A DNA stretch of 57,627 nt from contig JAZNBZ010000160.1 in the NCBI GenBank assembly GCA_045587285.1, positions 1 through 57,627 of the forward strand, written 5' to 3'. Below, one piece after another: positions 15,936-25,393 of this stretch. Below the pieces are notes generated by a model. That model was given only the letters and a program-made list of their open reading frames with translations, was not told the origin of the DNA and searched no databases. The stretch's first letter is position 1, and each line of letters opens with the position of its first letter. The position numbers were made by a program, and so were the translations under genes. The stretch comes from Candidatus Flemingiibacterium sp. (GTDB lineage: Bacteria > Bacillota > Clostridia > Oscillospirales > CAG-272).

Positions 15936-16892
15936 TTATCTAAATTCGTCGAGAAACCATATTTTTTGCTTGTCGGCGCAGAAAACCTTTCCGTCAAGAT
16001 AATCGAGCGCGGTGCCCTTCGTCTTGAAGCGAAACTCAAGGCGGTAGGCGTAAAGCGCCTGAAACTTGTACCCGAGCTTTTTGTCGTCGCGGTTCACGCC
16101 GTACTTGCCGTCGCCGAGCAATGGGTGTCCGATGGACGAGAAGTGCGCGCGAATCTGGTGCGTGCGTCCCGTTACAAGCTCGACCTCGACGAGCGAGAGA
16201 TCGCGACGCTCGTCTACTACGCGGTATTTGGTGATTATCTCTTTGTAGCCCTGACGAGGAGTCTTTATTATATCAACGATGTTGTTGGCGGAGTCCTTTT
16301 TTAGGTAGCCCGTAAGCGTGTCGGATTTTTTCGGCAGGCGACCGTGAACGGCGGCGAGGTAGAATTTGGACAATTCGTCGTTTTTTATTTTGTCGTTCAT
16401 CACGCGAAGCGCCTCGGCATTCTTCGCCGCGATTACGATACCGCCCGTGTTGCGGTCGATACGGTTGCAAAGTGCGGGCGCGAACGACTGCTCGTCCTCG
16501 GGCCTGTATTCGCCCTTCTTGTAAAGGTACGCCTTAACGTGGCTGATGAGCGTGTTTACGTCCTCCTTGTCGTCGGAGTGGACGATAAGCCCCGGACGCT
16601 TGTCGAGGAGCATAATATTCTCGTCCTCGTAGATGACGTCAAGGCGAGGCGTAAGCTTCATAAACGCCTCCTCGGTAGCGTTTTCGGCGAAAAACTCCTC
16701 GGCTAAAAACAGCTCTACCGTGTCGCCCTCACAGAGGATATAGCTTATCTCGGTGCGCTTGCGGTTGACCTTTATTTTTTTCGTGCGTATGGATTTATAC
16801 ATAAGCGATTTTGGCAGAGCCTTGACGGCCTTTGAAAGGAATTTGTCAAGACGCTGTCCCGCATCGTTTTCTTTGATATAGAGTGTTCGCAT
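15936..16892 (-). CDS. RluA family 23S rRNA pseudouridine synthase with N-terminal S4 domain
   Basis: The S4-like N-terminus carries RLDKFL. The catalytic region is NRIDRNTGGIVIAAKN, and a HQIRAH motif is present. Confidence 0.85.
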   Translation of the reverse strand: MRTLYIKENDAGQRLDKFLSKAVKALPKSLMYKSIRTKKIKVNRKRTEISYILCEGDTVELFLAEEFFAENATEEAFMKLTPRLDVIYEDENIMLLDKRPGLIVHSDDKEDVNTLISHVKAYLYKKGEYRPEDEQSFAPALCNRIDRNTGGIVIAAKNAEALRVMNDKIKNDELSKFYLAAVHGRLPKKSDTLTGYLKKDSANNIVDIIKTPRQGYKEIITKYRVVDERRDLSLVEVELVTGRTHQIRAHFSSIGHPLLGDGKYGVNRDDKKLGYKFQALYAYRLEFRFKTKGTALDYLDGKVFCADKQKIWFLDEFR

Positions 16893-16914
16893 AGTTACTC
16901 CTGTTTGTGATTTG

Positions 16915-17439
16915 TTAAAACAGCTTATCCGCGCTGATTAGTGTGGGCGGTGTGTCCGCATATTCTGCGGAGCATACGGTGACGTGGTATTCGCCGTACT
17001 CAAAACGCGAGAAGCACATTTTTGAGTCGAGCACCGAAAAGCTTGACATTGTGCGCGCGAAGCCCTCGCCCGTGTATTTCATATAGCTTTCCTTAGCGCA
17101 CCATATTTCGTAAAATCGGTCGCACGGCGAAGCACAAACGTACTCAGCCTCGGCTTTTGTAAAATACCGCCTTGCAAGACGGGACAGATGCTCCGCCTCA
17201 CCGCCTGTAAGCTCGATATCCGCGCCGATCTCGCCGTCCGATATTGCCGCGAGGCAGGTTCCCTTCGAGTGGGAAATGCTGACGTATATCGGCACGCCCT
17301 CAAAGTACGGCTTGCCGCGCGCATCCTTTTTGAGAGGAGCGTTGGCGCCGTACGCGTCGCAAAGCGCATAGCGTGCAAGTGCCGTCCCGACGGTGTGCTC
17401 GTCGCGCCCGTCTGCCACGGCAAGATACAATTTTATCAT
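16915..17439 (-). CDS. 4'-phosphopantetheinyl transferase (Sfp type)
   Basis: GKPYF...ISHS...GADIE...WCAKESYMKYTGEG. Preferred start is the ATG at 17439 (MIKLYLAV) with a GGGAGAGAG RBS. The track start at 17481 is rejected. Confidence 0.75.
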   Translation of the reverse strand: MIKLYLAVADGRDEHTVGTALARYALCDAYGANAPLKKDARGKPYFEGVPIYVSISHSKGTCLAAISDGEIGADIELTGGEAEHLSRLARRYFTKAEAEYVCASPCDRFYEIWCAKESYMKYTGEGFARTMSSFSVLDSKMCFSRFEYGEYHVTVCSAEYADTPPTLISADKLF

Positions 17440-17467
17440 ACGCTCTCTCCCTTCATAAAACGCGACA

Positions 17468-17494
17468 AACGAGGTGCGCAAAGCGCACCTCGTG
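17468..17494 (-). terminator. hairpin after rnfB (end of the rnf operon)
   Basis: Stem CGAGGTGCGC/GCGCACCTCG with a 3-nt loop. On the minus strand it is followed by TTTGTCGCGTTTT. Confidence 0.55.
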
Positions 17495-17499
17495 AATCG

Positions 17500-18348
17500 T
17501 TAGGCTTTGAGGTCCTCTTGCTTTATAGTGATGCTTACGCGCTGCGATCTGTCCGACCAGATTATCTTTCTCGGACACTTAGATACGCATTCGCCGCACA
17601 TCGTGCACTTGTCGTAGTCGATCGACGCAACGCCGCCCTCGACCTTGATAGCGTAGTAGTTGCACGCCTTCTCGCAGATCTTGCAGCTTATACAGCCAAC
17701 GTCGCAGTATTTCTTCGTAACCGCGCCCTTGTCGATAGACATACAGCCAACCCAATGGGTGGACTCGTAGGGGATTATGCGGATAATGTGCTTGGGGCAA
17801 GCCTCAACGCAGCGTCCGCACGCCTGACACTTCTCGTAGTCAACGACGGCAACGCCGTCAACGATGTTGATAGCGTCGAACATACAAGCCGCCGCGCAGG
17901 TGCCAAGACCGATACAGCCGTTGGGGCAGAGCTTGTCGCCGCCGCCCATCTTCGATGCGGCAAAGCAATCGTGCGCGCCCTTATAGGCGTATTTCTTTTT
18001 TGCGTACTCCGACGTTCCCGAGCACATAACCTGCGCGCGCTTTCGCACGGGCTTTTCGGCGGGAACGCCCATTATCTGTGCGATAGCCGCGGCGAGAGCC
18101 TCGTCGCCCGCAACGCAGGCGGAGGTTTTAGCCTCACCCTTTACGATAGCCTCTGCCAGAGCGTTACAGCCCGAATAGCCACAGCCGCCGCAGTTGGCAC
18201 CGGGCAGAAGCTCGGCAATAGCGGCAACGTTTTCGTTGGTCTTGACGAAGAATGCCTTGGAGGCGATGGCGAGCAGTATGCCCATCGCGCCGCCGAGCGC
18301 CAAAAACGCAAGCACGGCGTAGATTATATTCTGAATATTTTCATTCAT
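17500..18348 (-). CDS. rnfB: Rnf electron transport complex subunit B
   Basis: N-terminal TM helix, CGGCGYSGC cluster motif, and several CxxCxxCxxxCP ferredoxin motifs. Confidence 0.9.
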   Translation of the reverse strand: MNENIQNIIYAVLAFLALGGAMGILLAIASKAFFVKTNENVAAIAELLPGANCGGCGYSGCNALAEAIVKGEAKTSACVAGDEALAAAIAQIMGVPAEKPVRKRAQVMCSGTSEYAKKKYAYKGAHDCFAASKMGGGDKLCPNGCIGLGTCAAACMFDAINIVDGVAVVDYEKCQACGRCVEACPKHIIRIIPYESTHWVGCMSIDKGAVTKKYCDVGCISCKICEKACNYYAIKVEGGVASIDYDKCTMCGECVSKCPRKIIWSDRSQRVSITIKQEDLKA

Positions 18349-18361
18349 AGCTGTACCTCCA

Positions 18362-18949
18362 TCAGAACGACATTCCCGTGAAGCCCGAGAACGCCATCGC
18401 GATAAGTCCCGCCGCGATAAGTGCTATCGGCGTTCCTCGGAACGACATCGGCGGCTTTGCAAAGGAAAGGCGTACGCGAACGCCTGCGAAGATAACTATC
18501 GCGAGCGTAAAGCCTAATGCGGAGGAGAAGCCGTATGCGAGCGACTGCACGAAATCGTAGCCCTCCTGAATGTTGAGAAGGGCAGAGCCGAGCACCGCGC
18601 AGTTGGTCGTGATAAGCGGAAGATAGATACCGAGCGCGCCGTAAAGCGCGGGGATAAACTTGCGAAGGAACATCTCGATTATCTGTACGAGCGAAGCGAT
18701 TATAAGTATAAACGCTATAGTTTCGAGATATGCAAGGTTGAGCGGCACGAGCACGAGGTGGTAAATAAGCCACGTTGCGGCGCTCGATAACGTCATAACG
18801 AACATTACTGCAAAGCCCATACCGAGTGCGGTGTCGGGCTTCTCGGATACGCCGAGGAACGGGCAGATGCCGAGGAACTGCGAGAATATGTAGTTCTCGA
18901 CGAGCACGGCGGTGAGCATAAGGAGCAATATTTCAACTAAATAATCCAT
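18362..18949 (-). CDS. rnfA: Rnf complex subunit A
   Basis: 195-aa polytopic protein with ENYIFSQFLGICPFLGVS, the RnfA/NqrE signature. Confidence 0.9.
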   Translation of the reverse strand: MDYLVEILLLMLTAVLVENYIFSQFLGICPFLGVSEKPDTALGMGFAVMFVMTLSSAATWLIYHLVLVPLNLAYLETIAFILIIASLVQIIEMFLRKFIPALYGALGIYLPLITTNCAVLGSALLNIQEGYDFVQSLAYGFSSALGFTLAIVIFAGVRVRLSFAKPPMSFRGTPIALIAAGLIAMAFSGFTGMSF

Positions 18950-18952
18950 AAT

Positions 18953-19702
18953 TTATTTCTCCTCCTTTGCCGATACCGCCGCAAGATCGACCTTTACGTC
19001 GTCAGGCTCGTTGGCGTATTTTTCCTTGATGTCGGCAAGCTCGCGGATAGCCTCGGCTCTCGCGATCGCTTCCTTCTTCTTTTCGCTGTTCTTGCGGATA
19101 GTGCTCATAATCTTGTTCATCAGAGCGATGAGCATACCGAGCGTGAGGAACGCGCCCGAGGGAAGAATGAAGATTATCGCCGGCTCATACGCCTCGGGGA
19201 GTATACGCACTCCTGCAAACGAGCCGGAGCCGAGGAGCTCGCGAACCAAAGCGAGCGCTATAAGCGCGAAGGTAAATCCGAGTCCCGTTGAAATTCCGTC
19301 GAGGGCAGAGGGAAGCACGGCGTTCTTCGACGCGAAAGATTCCGCACGCGCGAGAATAATACAGTTTACGACGATGAGCGGAATGAACAGACCGAGCGAT
19401 TTGTCGAGGCTTGGCAAATACGCCTTTATGAGAAGCTGTACCGCCGTAACAAATCCCGAGATGATAACGATATACGACGCGATGCGTATTTCCTTGGGGA
19501 TAAACTTACGAAGAAGCGAAATGAATACGTTAGAGCAGATAAGCACTGCCGTTGTGGTAAGTCCCATACCGATAGCGTTCGTTACCGAGGTGGTTACCGC
19601 GAGCGTCGCGCACATACCGAGAAGCTGCATAAGGACGGGATTTTTAAAGAAGATACCGTCGAGAAGCTGGCTCTTAACGCTTTTTAAGGTGTATTTACTC
19701 AT
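18953..19702 (-). CDS. rnfE: Rnf complex subunit E
   Basis: NPVLMQLLGMCATLAVTTS signature. Polytopic membrane protein with a Lys/Glu-rich C-terminal tail of about 50 aa. Confidence 0.9.
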   Translation of the reverse strand: MSKYTLKSVKSQLLDGIFFKNPVLMQLLGMCATLAVTTSVTNAIGMGLTTTAVLICSNVFISLLRKFIPKEIRIASYIVIISGFVTAVQLLIKAYLPSLDKSLGLFIPLIVVNCIILARAESFASKNAVLPSALDGISTGLGFTFALIALALVRELLGSGSFAGVRILPEAYEPAIIFILPSGAFLTLGMLIALMNKIMSTIRKNSEKKKEAIARAEAIRELADIKEKYANEPDDVKVDLAAVSAKEEK

Positions 19703-20277
19703 TTGACACCTCCGCCAACGAACATCGGATATACCGTGTCAAATATCGAAACGGCGGCTTTTACGCCCTCGTGAACGGCTTTGCTCGAAACGGTCGAGCC
19801 CGTGATGACGTCAACGCCGCCCTCAAGCTCTGCGCCGTCCTTGCCTACGTACCTTGCGAGATATCCCGCGTCGCCGACACGGCTTCCGAGACCGGGAGTT
19901 TCAGAGTGAGAAATAAGCTTCACGCCAACGACGTCGCCGTTTATATCAACGCCGACCATAAGGGTGAGCTCACCGCCAAAGCCAAGCGGTGCGACCTCTG
20001 CGGTGTAGCCGATAGCCTTGCCGCTTGAGTATACGAGATAGAGCGCGTTTATACCCTCCGCCTCAAGCTCTGCGGCGCTGTTTTCAGTGGCGCTCGGGAA
20101 GATAGCCGCAATAGCCGCTTCCTTTTCCGCCGCTATATTGTCCGCGATCTTATCCTTGGTGAGGGCGTTTATGCAGGAGAGCAGCAGCGCGGTTATCACG
20201 CTTATAAGCAGAAGCTTAAAGGTTATGCCAAGTATGAATTTAATGCTGCTTTGATTTTCCACGCTTAGCACCTCCAA
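19699..20277 (-). CDS. rnfG: Rnf complex subunit G (FMN-binding)
   Basis: N-terminal TM helix and the FMN attachment motif ITGSTVSSKAV. The start may lie downstream of 20277 because it overlaps rnfD by 38 nt. Confidence 0.85.
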   Translation of the reverse strand: MEVLSVENQSSIKFILGITFKLLLISVITALLLSCINALTKDKIADNIAAEKEAAIAAIFPSATENSAAELEAEGINALYLVYSSGKAIGYTAEVAPLGFGGELTLMVGVDINGDVVGVKLISHSETPGLGSRVGDAGYLARYVGKDGAELEGGVDVITGSTVSSKAVHEGVKAAVSIFDTVYPMFVGGGVK

Positions 20278-21331
20278 ACTTTTTAGGCTTCGTGTAAAGG
20301 TCGATGTACCACACGAGCAGGTTCATTATAAGTATCGAGAAGGATACGCCCTCGGCGTAAGCGCCGAAGTAGCGTATGAACACCGTCAGTGCGCCGCAGC
20401 CGATACCGTAGATGATGCGTCCGCGTGACGATATGGGCGAGGTAGAATAGTCGGTCGCCATAAAGATAGCGCCGAGGAAAAGTCCGCCCGAGAGTATCTG
20501 CCACAGAGCAAAGGTGAGCGGATCTGCGCCCTGCGGGAAGATAAGCGAGAGCAGGAACACCGTGCCGATATACGCAACGGGAATGTGCCACGTTACGATG
20601 CGGCGGACGAGCATATAAACGAATCCTGCCGCAAGAAGGAGCGCGGAAACCTCACCGATACAGCCTGCCTCGTAGCCGAGAAGCGCGTCCATAAGCGAGG
20701 CGTTTTCGGGGATGACTGCGTTTTTAAGCGAAGCGAGCGGAGTCGCGCTTGATGCGACGTCGGGCGCGCCGATTGAAATTGCCGACATTTCGCTTTTCGG
20801 TGCGGGGAAGGTGCTCAGATGCGTTGCCCACGCAAGGAAAAGGAACACCCTTGCCGCGAGCGCGGGGTTCATAAAGTTTCGTCCTATTCCGCCAAAGAGC
20901 TGCTTTACGACTATGATGGCGAACACCGAGCCGATGGCAGGCACCCAAAGCGGTACGGAAACGGGAAGGTTAAGAGCTAACAGAAGTCCCGTTACTACCG
21001 CGGAAAAGTCGAGCACGGTGCTCGGGCGCTTCATTATCCGCAGGTAAGCGGATTCGGCGAGTGCCGCGCATATTACCGAAACGGCAGTCAGCGTGAGCGC
21101 GCGCCAGCCGAACACGTATATGCCCCAGATAAGCGCGGGCATAAGCGCGATACAAACGTCGAGCATTACCGTTCGCGTGGTAGCGCCTGCACGGATATGG
21201 GGAGAGGGCGAAACCGTGACGAGCTCGGGCATAAACTTATCTATCGATTCTTCTGCCGTGAGCTCCGCCGTGGGCGCTTCGGTGAGCGCCTCTACTATTT
21301 CCGTTTTGTTTTCAGAGGTAACTGACATCAC
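20240..21331 (-). CDS. rnfD: Rnf complex subunit D
   Basis: 363-aa polytopic protein of NqrB/RnfD type, including SGGLFLGAIFMATDYSTSP. Confidence 0.9.
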   Translation of the reverse strand: MMSVTSENKTEIVEALTEAPTAELTAEESIDKFMPELVTVSPSPHIRAGATTRTVMLDVCIALMPALIWGIYVFGWRALTLTAVSVICAALAESAYLRIMKRPSTVLDFSAVVTGLLLALNLPVSVPLWVPAIGSVFAIIVVKQLFGGIGRNFMNPALAARVFLFLAWATHLSTFPAPKSEMSAISIGAPDVASSATPLASLKNAVIPENASLMDALLGYEAGCIGEVSALLLAAGFVYMLVRRIVTWHIPVAYIGTVFLLSLIFPQGADPLTFALWQILSGGLFLGAIFMATDYSTSPISSRGRIIYGIGCGALTVFIRYFGAYAEGVSFSILIMNLLVWYIDLYTKPKKFGGAKRGKSKQH

Positions 21332-22698
21332 TTATCCTCCTTCTGTATCTTACTTTGTTCAAGAGATGCCTGCATAGCGCGCTTGCGGTCGTTTATCTTC
21401 ATTTTCGTTGCGCGGATACGCTGGACTATAGAAACGTGACCGGGACAGTTATAAGAGCAGCTTCCGCACTCGATACAGCTTAAAATGTCAAACTGCTCGG
21501 CAAGGTCAAGTCGGTTTAATTTTGCGAACATCGTAAGGTAGTTGGGCATAAGATGCATCGGGCAGTTCTGCACGCAGCGTCCGCATCTGATGCAAATAGG
21601 CGCCTGCTCGTAGTAATACTCCATATCGGGAGAGAGGACGAGCAGTGCGGCGGTACCCTTTGCAATGGGCGTTTCGAGGTCCCACTGCGCCGCACCCATC
21701 ATAGGGCCGCCGCAGATTATCTTTCTGGGCGAGCGTGTAAGTCCGCCGCAGAATACGATAAGGTCGCGGTAGGTCGTGCCAAACGGCGCGAATACGTTTC
21801 CGGGATTTTTGATGCAGTCGCCGTCAACGGTGACGACGCGTTCAACGAGCGGCATACCCGTCGTGATAGCGTTATGTATAGCCGCGCAGGTCTCTGCGTT
21901 GAATATACAGCAGCCGACCTCTGCGGGAAGGTGTCCTGCGGCGAGCTGCTTTTTTGTCAGCGCGTAAATAAGCTGGCGTTCGTCGCCCTGCGGATACTTG
22001 GTTTTGAGGAGCTTTATCTTAATCGAGGTATCCTCTCCGAGAAATTCCTTCAGAACCTTTGCCGCATCGCGCTTGTTGTCCTCGATGGCGATGATGCCCT
22101 CGTTAAGTCCGAACGTGTGCATAAGCACGCGCAGTCCACCGACAATCGTTTCGGGGTATTCGAGCATCAGGCGGTGGTTCGCCGTTATGAACGGCTCGCA
22201 CTCCGCACAGTTTACGATAATGGTGTCTACCTTACCGAGTGCAGAGCTTATCTTTGCGTGCGTCGGGAAGGTCGCGCCGCCCATACCGGATATGCCGGCG
22301 TTTTTGACGATCTCAACGATCTCCTCGGGCGTCGTTTCGGAAAGCGGCTTGCCCCACGGCTTAACGTCGGGGTGAACTCTGCCCTCGCCGTCGTTTTCGA
22401 TGGTGACGTGCTTGATAAGCGCACCGTTCTGACCGCTTCTCACGTCGATGCTGATTACCTTGCCCGATACGCTTGAGTGTACGGGCGCACCGAGGCCTGC
22501 CTCGATAATACCGATGACCTGTCCCTTGTCAACCGTGTCGCCGACCTCAACGCAGGGAGTAGCCTGCGCGCCGATATGCTGTGACATCGGGATGGTAACC
22601 GTCTTTGGCGGCGGCATATGCTTTATGGCACAGCCGCTTGTGTTTTTGTGTTCTTTTACGTGGGTTCCTCCACGGAAAGTAAGAGCCAAATATCTCAC
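21328..22698 (-). CDS. rnfC: Rnf complex subunit C
   Basis: ALTFRGGTHV N-terminus, GISGMGGATFPT motif, and two CxxCxxCxxxCP clusters. The GTG at 22698 or the TTG at 22689 (GAGGTG RBS) could be the start. Confidence 0.9.
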   Translation of the reverse strand: MRYLALTFRGGTHVKEHKNTSGCAIKHMPPPKTVTIPMSQHIGAQATPCVEVGDTVDKGQVIGIIEAGLGAPVHSSVSGKVISIDVRSGQNGALIKHVTIENDGEGRVHPDVKPWGKPLSETTPEEIVEIVKNAGISGMGGATFPTHAKISSALGKVDTIIVNCAECEPFITANHRLMLEYPETIVGGLRVLMHTFGLNEGIIAIEDNKRDAAKVLKEFLGEDTSIKIKLLKTKYPQGDERQLIYALTKKQLAAGHLPAEVGCCIFNAETCAAIHNAITTGMPLVERVVTVDGDCIKNPGNVFAPFGTTYRDLIVFCGGLTRSPRKIICGGPMMGAAQWDLETPIAKGTAALLVLSPDMEYYYEQAPICIRCGRCVQNCPMHLMPNYLTMFAKLNRLDLAEQFDILSCIECGSCSYNCPGHVSIVQRIRATKMKINDRKRAMQASLEQSKIQKEDK

Positions 22699-22742
22699 CT
22701 CACTGTGTATTTGTGAACTTTTGGGAATTGTTTCATAGATAT

Positions 22743-22771
22743 ATTATACTATATACGCTTGCAGATTTCAA
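22743..22771 (-). promoter_or_regulatory. sigmaA-type promoter of the rnf operon
   Basis: On the minus strand: TTGAAA (22771-22766), 17-nt spacer, TATAAT (22748-22743). Confidence 0.6.
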
Positions 22772-22923
22772 GAGCAAAAATGACGAAATTCACAAAAAAA
22801 TCATTCTCAAACTATGATTTTATGCAGATTGTCAACAAAATAACAAAGATTTAAGACAAAAACGCAAAAATCTGTTCCAAAAACGAAAAGGGGCGCTCGA
22901 TAGAGCGCCGCTTTTGATGCTGA

Positions 22924-24042
22924 TTATTCCTTTGGTGAAAGATCGCCGAGCTTTATATAGCGTATCGCGTCCTTGCCGCGGACCTTGGAGTTGCCGTTGT
23001 GATATTCAAGCGCGAGCACGCTCGAGCTGTAGCCGAAATAAAGGTCGCCCATAACGTCAACGAGACACACGTTCACGATACCGTATTTGCTGTGAAGGTC
23101 GGCAACGACTGTGTTTTTGTTCGGATCGGGATTTTCACCGTAGCAAAGCCTTACGGCGGTTCTGCCCTGCTGAATTTCGGGGCGGTTGCCCGTGTCCATA
23201 CAATAGTAGTTATACGACATAAGAATGTGTCCGTTGTGAACGATTATCTTCGGGCGGCACTGTATGCTCTCGGCAAAGTGCACGGGCTCGCTCCACGTTT
23301 TGCCGTTGTCGTCCGACGTGGTGTAGGAGATAGAGTCAACGTCGCGGTTGGTGCGGAAAATGGCGTGGATCTTGCCGTCGAGGTAGCGGTAGTCGAACTC
23401 GTACTGCGTCTGATGAGGACAAACTGCAAAGGGCTCAAGCGTTGCGAGATCGTCATTCGAGCGGCAGAGGATAACCTCGGAAAGGTAGGTGGATATTGCG
23501 GTGTACCAATAGCCGTCCTCACCCTTGAAGGGCGTCTGTGCGGCGGAGCATATTTGCTCGGTCTTTACGTGCTGATGATTAAAAAAGCCGTGCTCCTCGA
23601 GATATGCAAATTCCACGGACTGACACAGCTCAACGGTATTGCCGTTATCGAGCTTTATCATAACGGGCTTTTCCTCGGTAAGCTCGCCCGTTAGGTAGTC
23701 GAAATCCTTGTAGCAGGTTTGGTGGTCGCCTTCCGATATACTGTTTATCTCATAGAAGATTCTCACCTTGCCGTCGCCGAGGCTGATAACGTTGGGTACG
23801 TATTCCTTGCGTCCCTCGGTTACGTCGATGAATTTTATATTTGTCGGCTGTGATGCAGGGAAGTAGGATAGGGCTATTTTGCCGCGCGACTCGCCGTAGG
23901 AGCCGTGCTTGCCGGGCATATACGCGCAGAACATTACGCCGTATTTGGTGTCGAACGCGAGCGCAACGCCGTCGCCGCTCGTTTGCGTAAGGCCGTCGTT
24001 TATCTGAACGGCGCGGTCGAGATCGAAGGTTGGTTCTCTCAT
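22924..24042 (-). CDS. BNR/Asp-box beta-propeller protein (sialidase-like glycosidase fold), cytoplasmic
   Basis: 372 aa. A canonical Asp-box, SDDNGKTWS, is present. No signal peptide. Only one clear Asp-box was seen, so the function is uncertain. Confidence 0.45.
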   Translation of the reverse strand: MREPTFDLDRAVQINDGLTQTSGDGVALAFDTKYGVMFCAYMPGKHGSYGESRGKIALSYFPASQPTNIKFIDVTEGRKEYVPNVISLGDGKVRIFYEINSISEGDHQTCYKDFDYLTGELTEEKPVMIKLDNGNTVELCQSVEFAYLEEHGFFNHQHVKTEQICSAAQTPFKGEDGYWYTAISTYLSEVILCRSNDDLATLEPFAVCPHQTQYEFDYRYLDGKIHAIFRTNRDVDSISYTTSDDNGKTWSEPVHFAESIQCRPKIIVHNGHILMSYNYYCMDTGNRPEIQQGRTAVRLCYGENPDPNKNTVVADLHSKYGIVNVCLVDVMGDLYFGYSSSVLALEYHNGNSKVRGKDAIRYIKLGDLSPKE

Positions 24043-24154
24043 GGCTTTAACTCCTCTGGAACTGCATTTTTCTAATTATATCAACCGCCGTACCGTTAGT
24101 CAATGCGATAAACGGACAATTTTTTTCGTTTTTCGGACAGGTGGATACAATGCC

Positions 24155-24183
24155 ATTATACCTTTGATAAAAACAAATGTCAA
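24155..24183 (-). promoter_or_regulatory. consensus promoter upstream of the BNR gene
   Basis: On the minus strand: TTGACA (24183-24178), 17-nt spacer, TATAAT (24160-24155). A second TTGACT-17-TATAAT lies closer to the gene, at about 24073-24101. Confidence 0.6.
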
Positions 24184-24339
24184 TAAGCTTTGGCAAAACT
24201 CTTGCGCGATGAGAAAAAGTTCGCAAAATTTGCAATTTTGCTTGCCGATTTTGCAATGTTTTTCCGCGCACTGTTGTGATACATTGACATATGTATACAA
24301 AAAACGCAGGCGAGCTTTAACTCACCTGCGCGGATTTTA

Positions 24340-25131
24340 TTAAACGTGGAATTTGTCGTCCTCGGTGAGACCCAGCAAGTCGATGGCGCGCTCAAAGAGC
24401 GGGATAGCCTCGTCGAGCTGGTGCGGGAAGTGTGCATCGCTACCGAGATAGAATTTACAGCCGCACGCCTTGGCGATCTTGTACGGGCGAAGCAGTATAT
24501 CCGCTTCGGAGTCGTCAAAATTAAAGCAGGGGGCGTTTATCTCGATGCCCATACCGAGCTTGGCCGCTTTTGTGAAAAGACGCTCCATATCGTCGCCCTT
24601 GAGCTTGGTCACCGTTTCGATAAAGCCCTCGTGCGATGCGGGATAAGTAAGATCGCACGTCATATGGGCAAGCCCGACCTTACTAAAGGGAAGCGGCATA
24701 TTGAGCACCGCCTCGAGGCGCTCGGACCAAATCTTCGCGCGCTCGGAGGTGTCGAGCAGAGCTTTGTCAATGTTGTATACCATATGAAGATGTGTCGTTG
24801 GGATAATGATAAAGTCGAATTTATTATACCGCTCGGGTGAAATACCGAGTGTGAGCCCCTGATTTAAGTCCGTTTCACAGCCGAACAGAGAACAAATACC
24901 GTCTGCGGTGGGCAGCGGAAGTATCTCTGCGATGTGGTCATAGCCCTGACGCTGATACCATGGCGATGCTCCGTTAATATTTTCGTCCCAGTAGTGGTCG
25001 GTAACGCAGAAGGAGGTGAAGCTATTGTCCTTTGCATATTGGAGTATGCGCTCCGCCGTTTGCTCGGGATCATTTGAGCAGAGCGAGAGGTGTGAGTGAA
25101 TGTGGTAATCGTGGTCGATTTTGTAGCGCAT
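24340..25131 (-). CDS. PHP-domain metal-dependent phosphoesterase (histidinol-phosphatase family)
   Basis: N-terminal DYHIHSHLSLCS (the HxH motif), followed by further conserved His/Asp positions (TDH, THLH, GSDAH). Confidence 0.6.
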   Translation of the reverse strand: MRYKIDHDYHIHSHLSLCSNDPEQTAERILQYAKDNSFTSFCVTDHYWDENINGASPWYQRQGYDHIAEILPLPTADGICSLFGCETDLNQGLTLGISPERYNKFDFIIIPTTHLHMVYNIDKALLDTSERAKIWSERLEAVLNMPLPFSKVGLAHMTCDLTYPASHEGFIETVTKLKGDDMERLFTKAAKLGMGIEINAPCFNFDDSEADILLRPYKIAKACGCKFYLGSDAHFPHQLDEAIPLFERAIDLLGLTEDDKFHV

Positions 25132-25289
25132 AGCCGATCTCCCGGATGAAAAATATTATTTCCATTAAATTATACTACTGCCGCGAAGGTTTGTCAATAG
25201 AAAATCGGACGGGCGCGTGTTAATGTACACTAAAATGGTGCACATTATTTGTACACATCGCCAAAAATGAAATAATATGCGTATCCCTA

Positions 25290-25349
25290 TTGACAAACAC
25301 CACAATATATGGTATTATGAAAAGGCAACACCTACTATATCTTGTGGTG
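25290..25349 (+). promoter_or_regulatory. nrdDG promoter with two putative NrdR boxes
   Basis: TTGACA at 25290-25295, 17-nt spacer, TATTAT at 25313-25318. Two AT-core partial palindromes, CACCACAATATATGGT (25298-25313) and CACCTACTATATCTTGTGGTG (25329-25349), lie about three helical turns apart. They resemble the NrdR-box pattern acaCwAtATaTwGtgt. Confidence 0.45.
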
Positions 25350-25393
25350 GATGAACAAAAAATTGGACAAAATAAAACACGGAGAATATAATT

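Noticed and set aside
17188-18381. 397-aa plus-strand ORF opposite rnfB. Similar long antisense ORFs occur at 21553-22476, 32131-33066, 38744-39616, 40423-41433, 49914-51053 and 8631-9341.
   Set aside because: These are shadow ORFs typical of GC-rich coding DNA. They have Arg/Ala/Val-rich low-complexity translations and no RBS. Each is fully overlapped by a confidently recognised gene on the other strand.
20240-20277. The 38-nt overlap between rnfD and rnfG as a possible frameshift or fusion site
   Set aside because: Both frames are intact and each product has a complete family signature. The overlap most likely reflects an over-extended rnfG start call.
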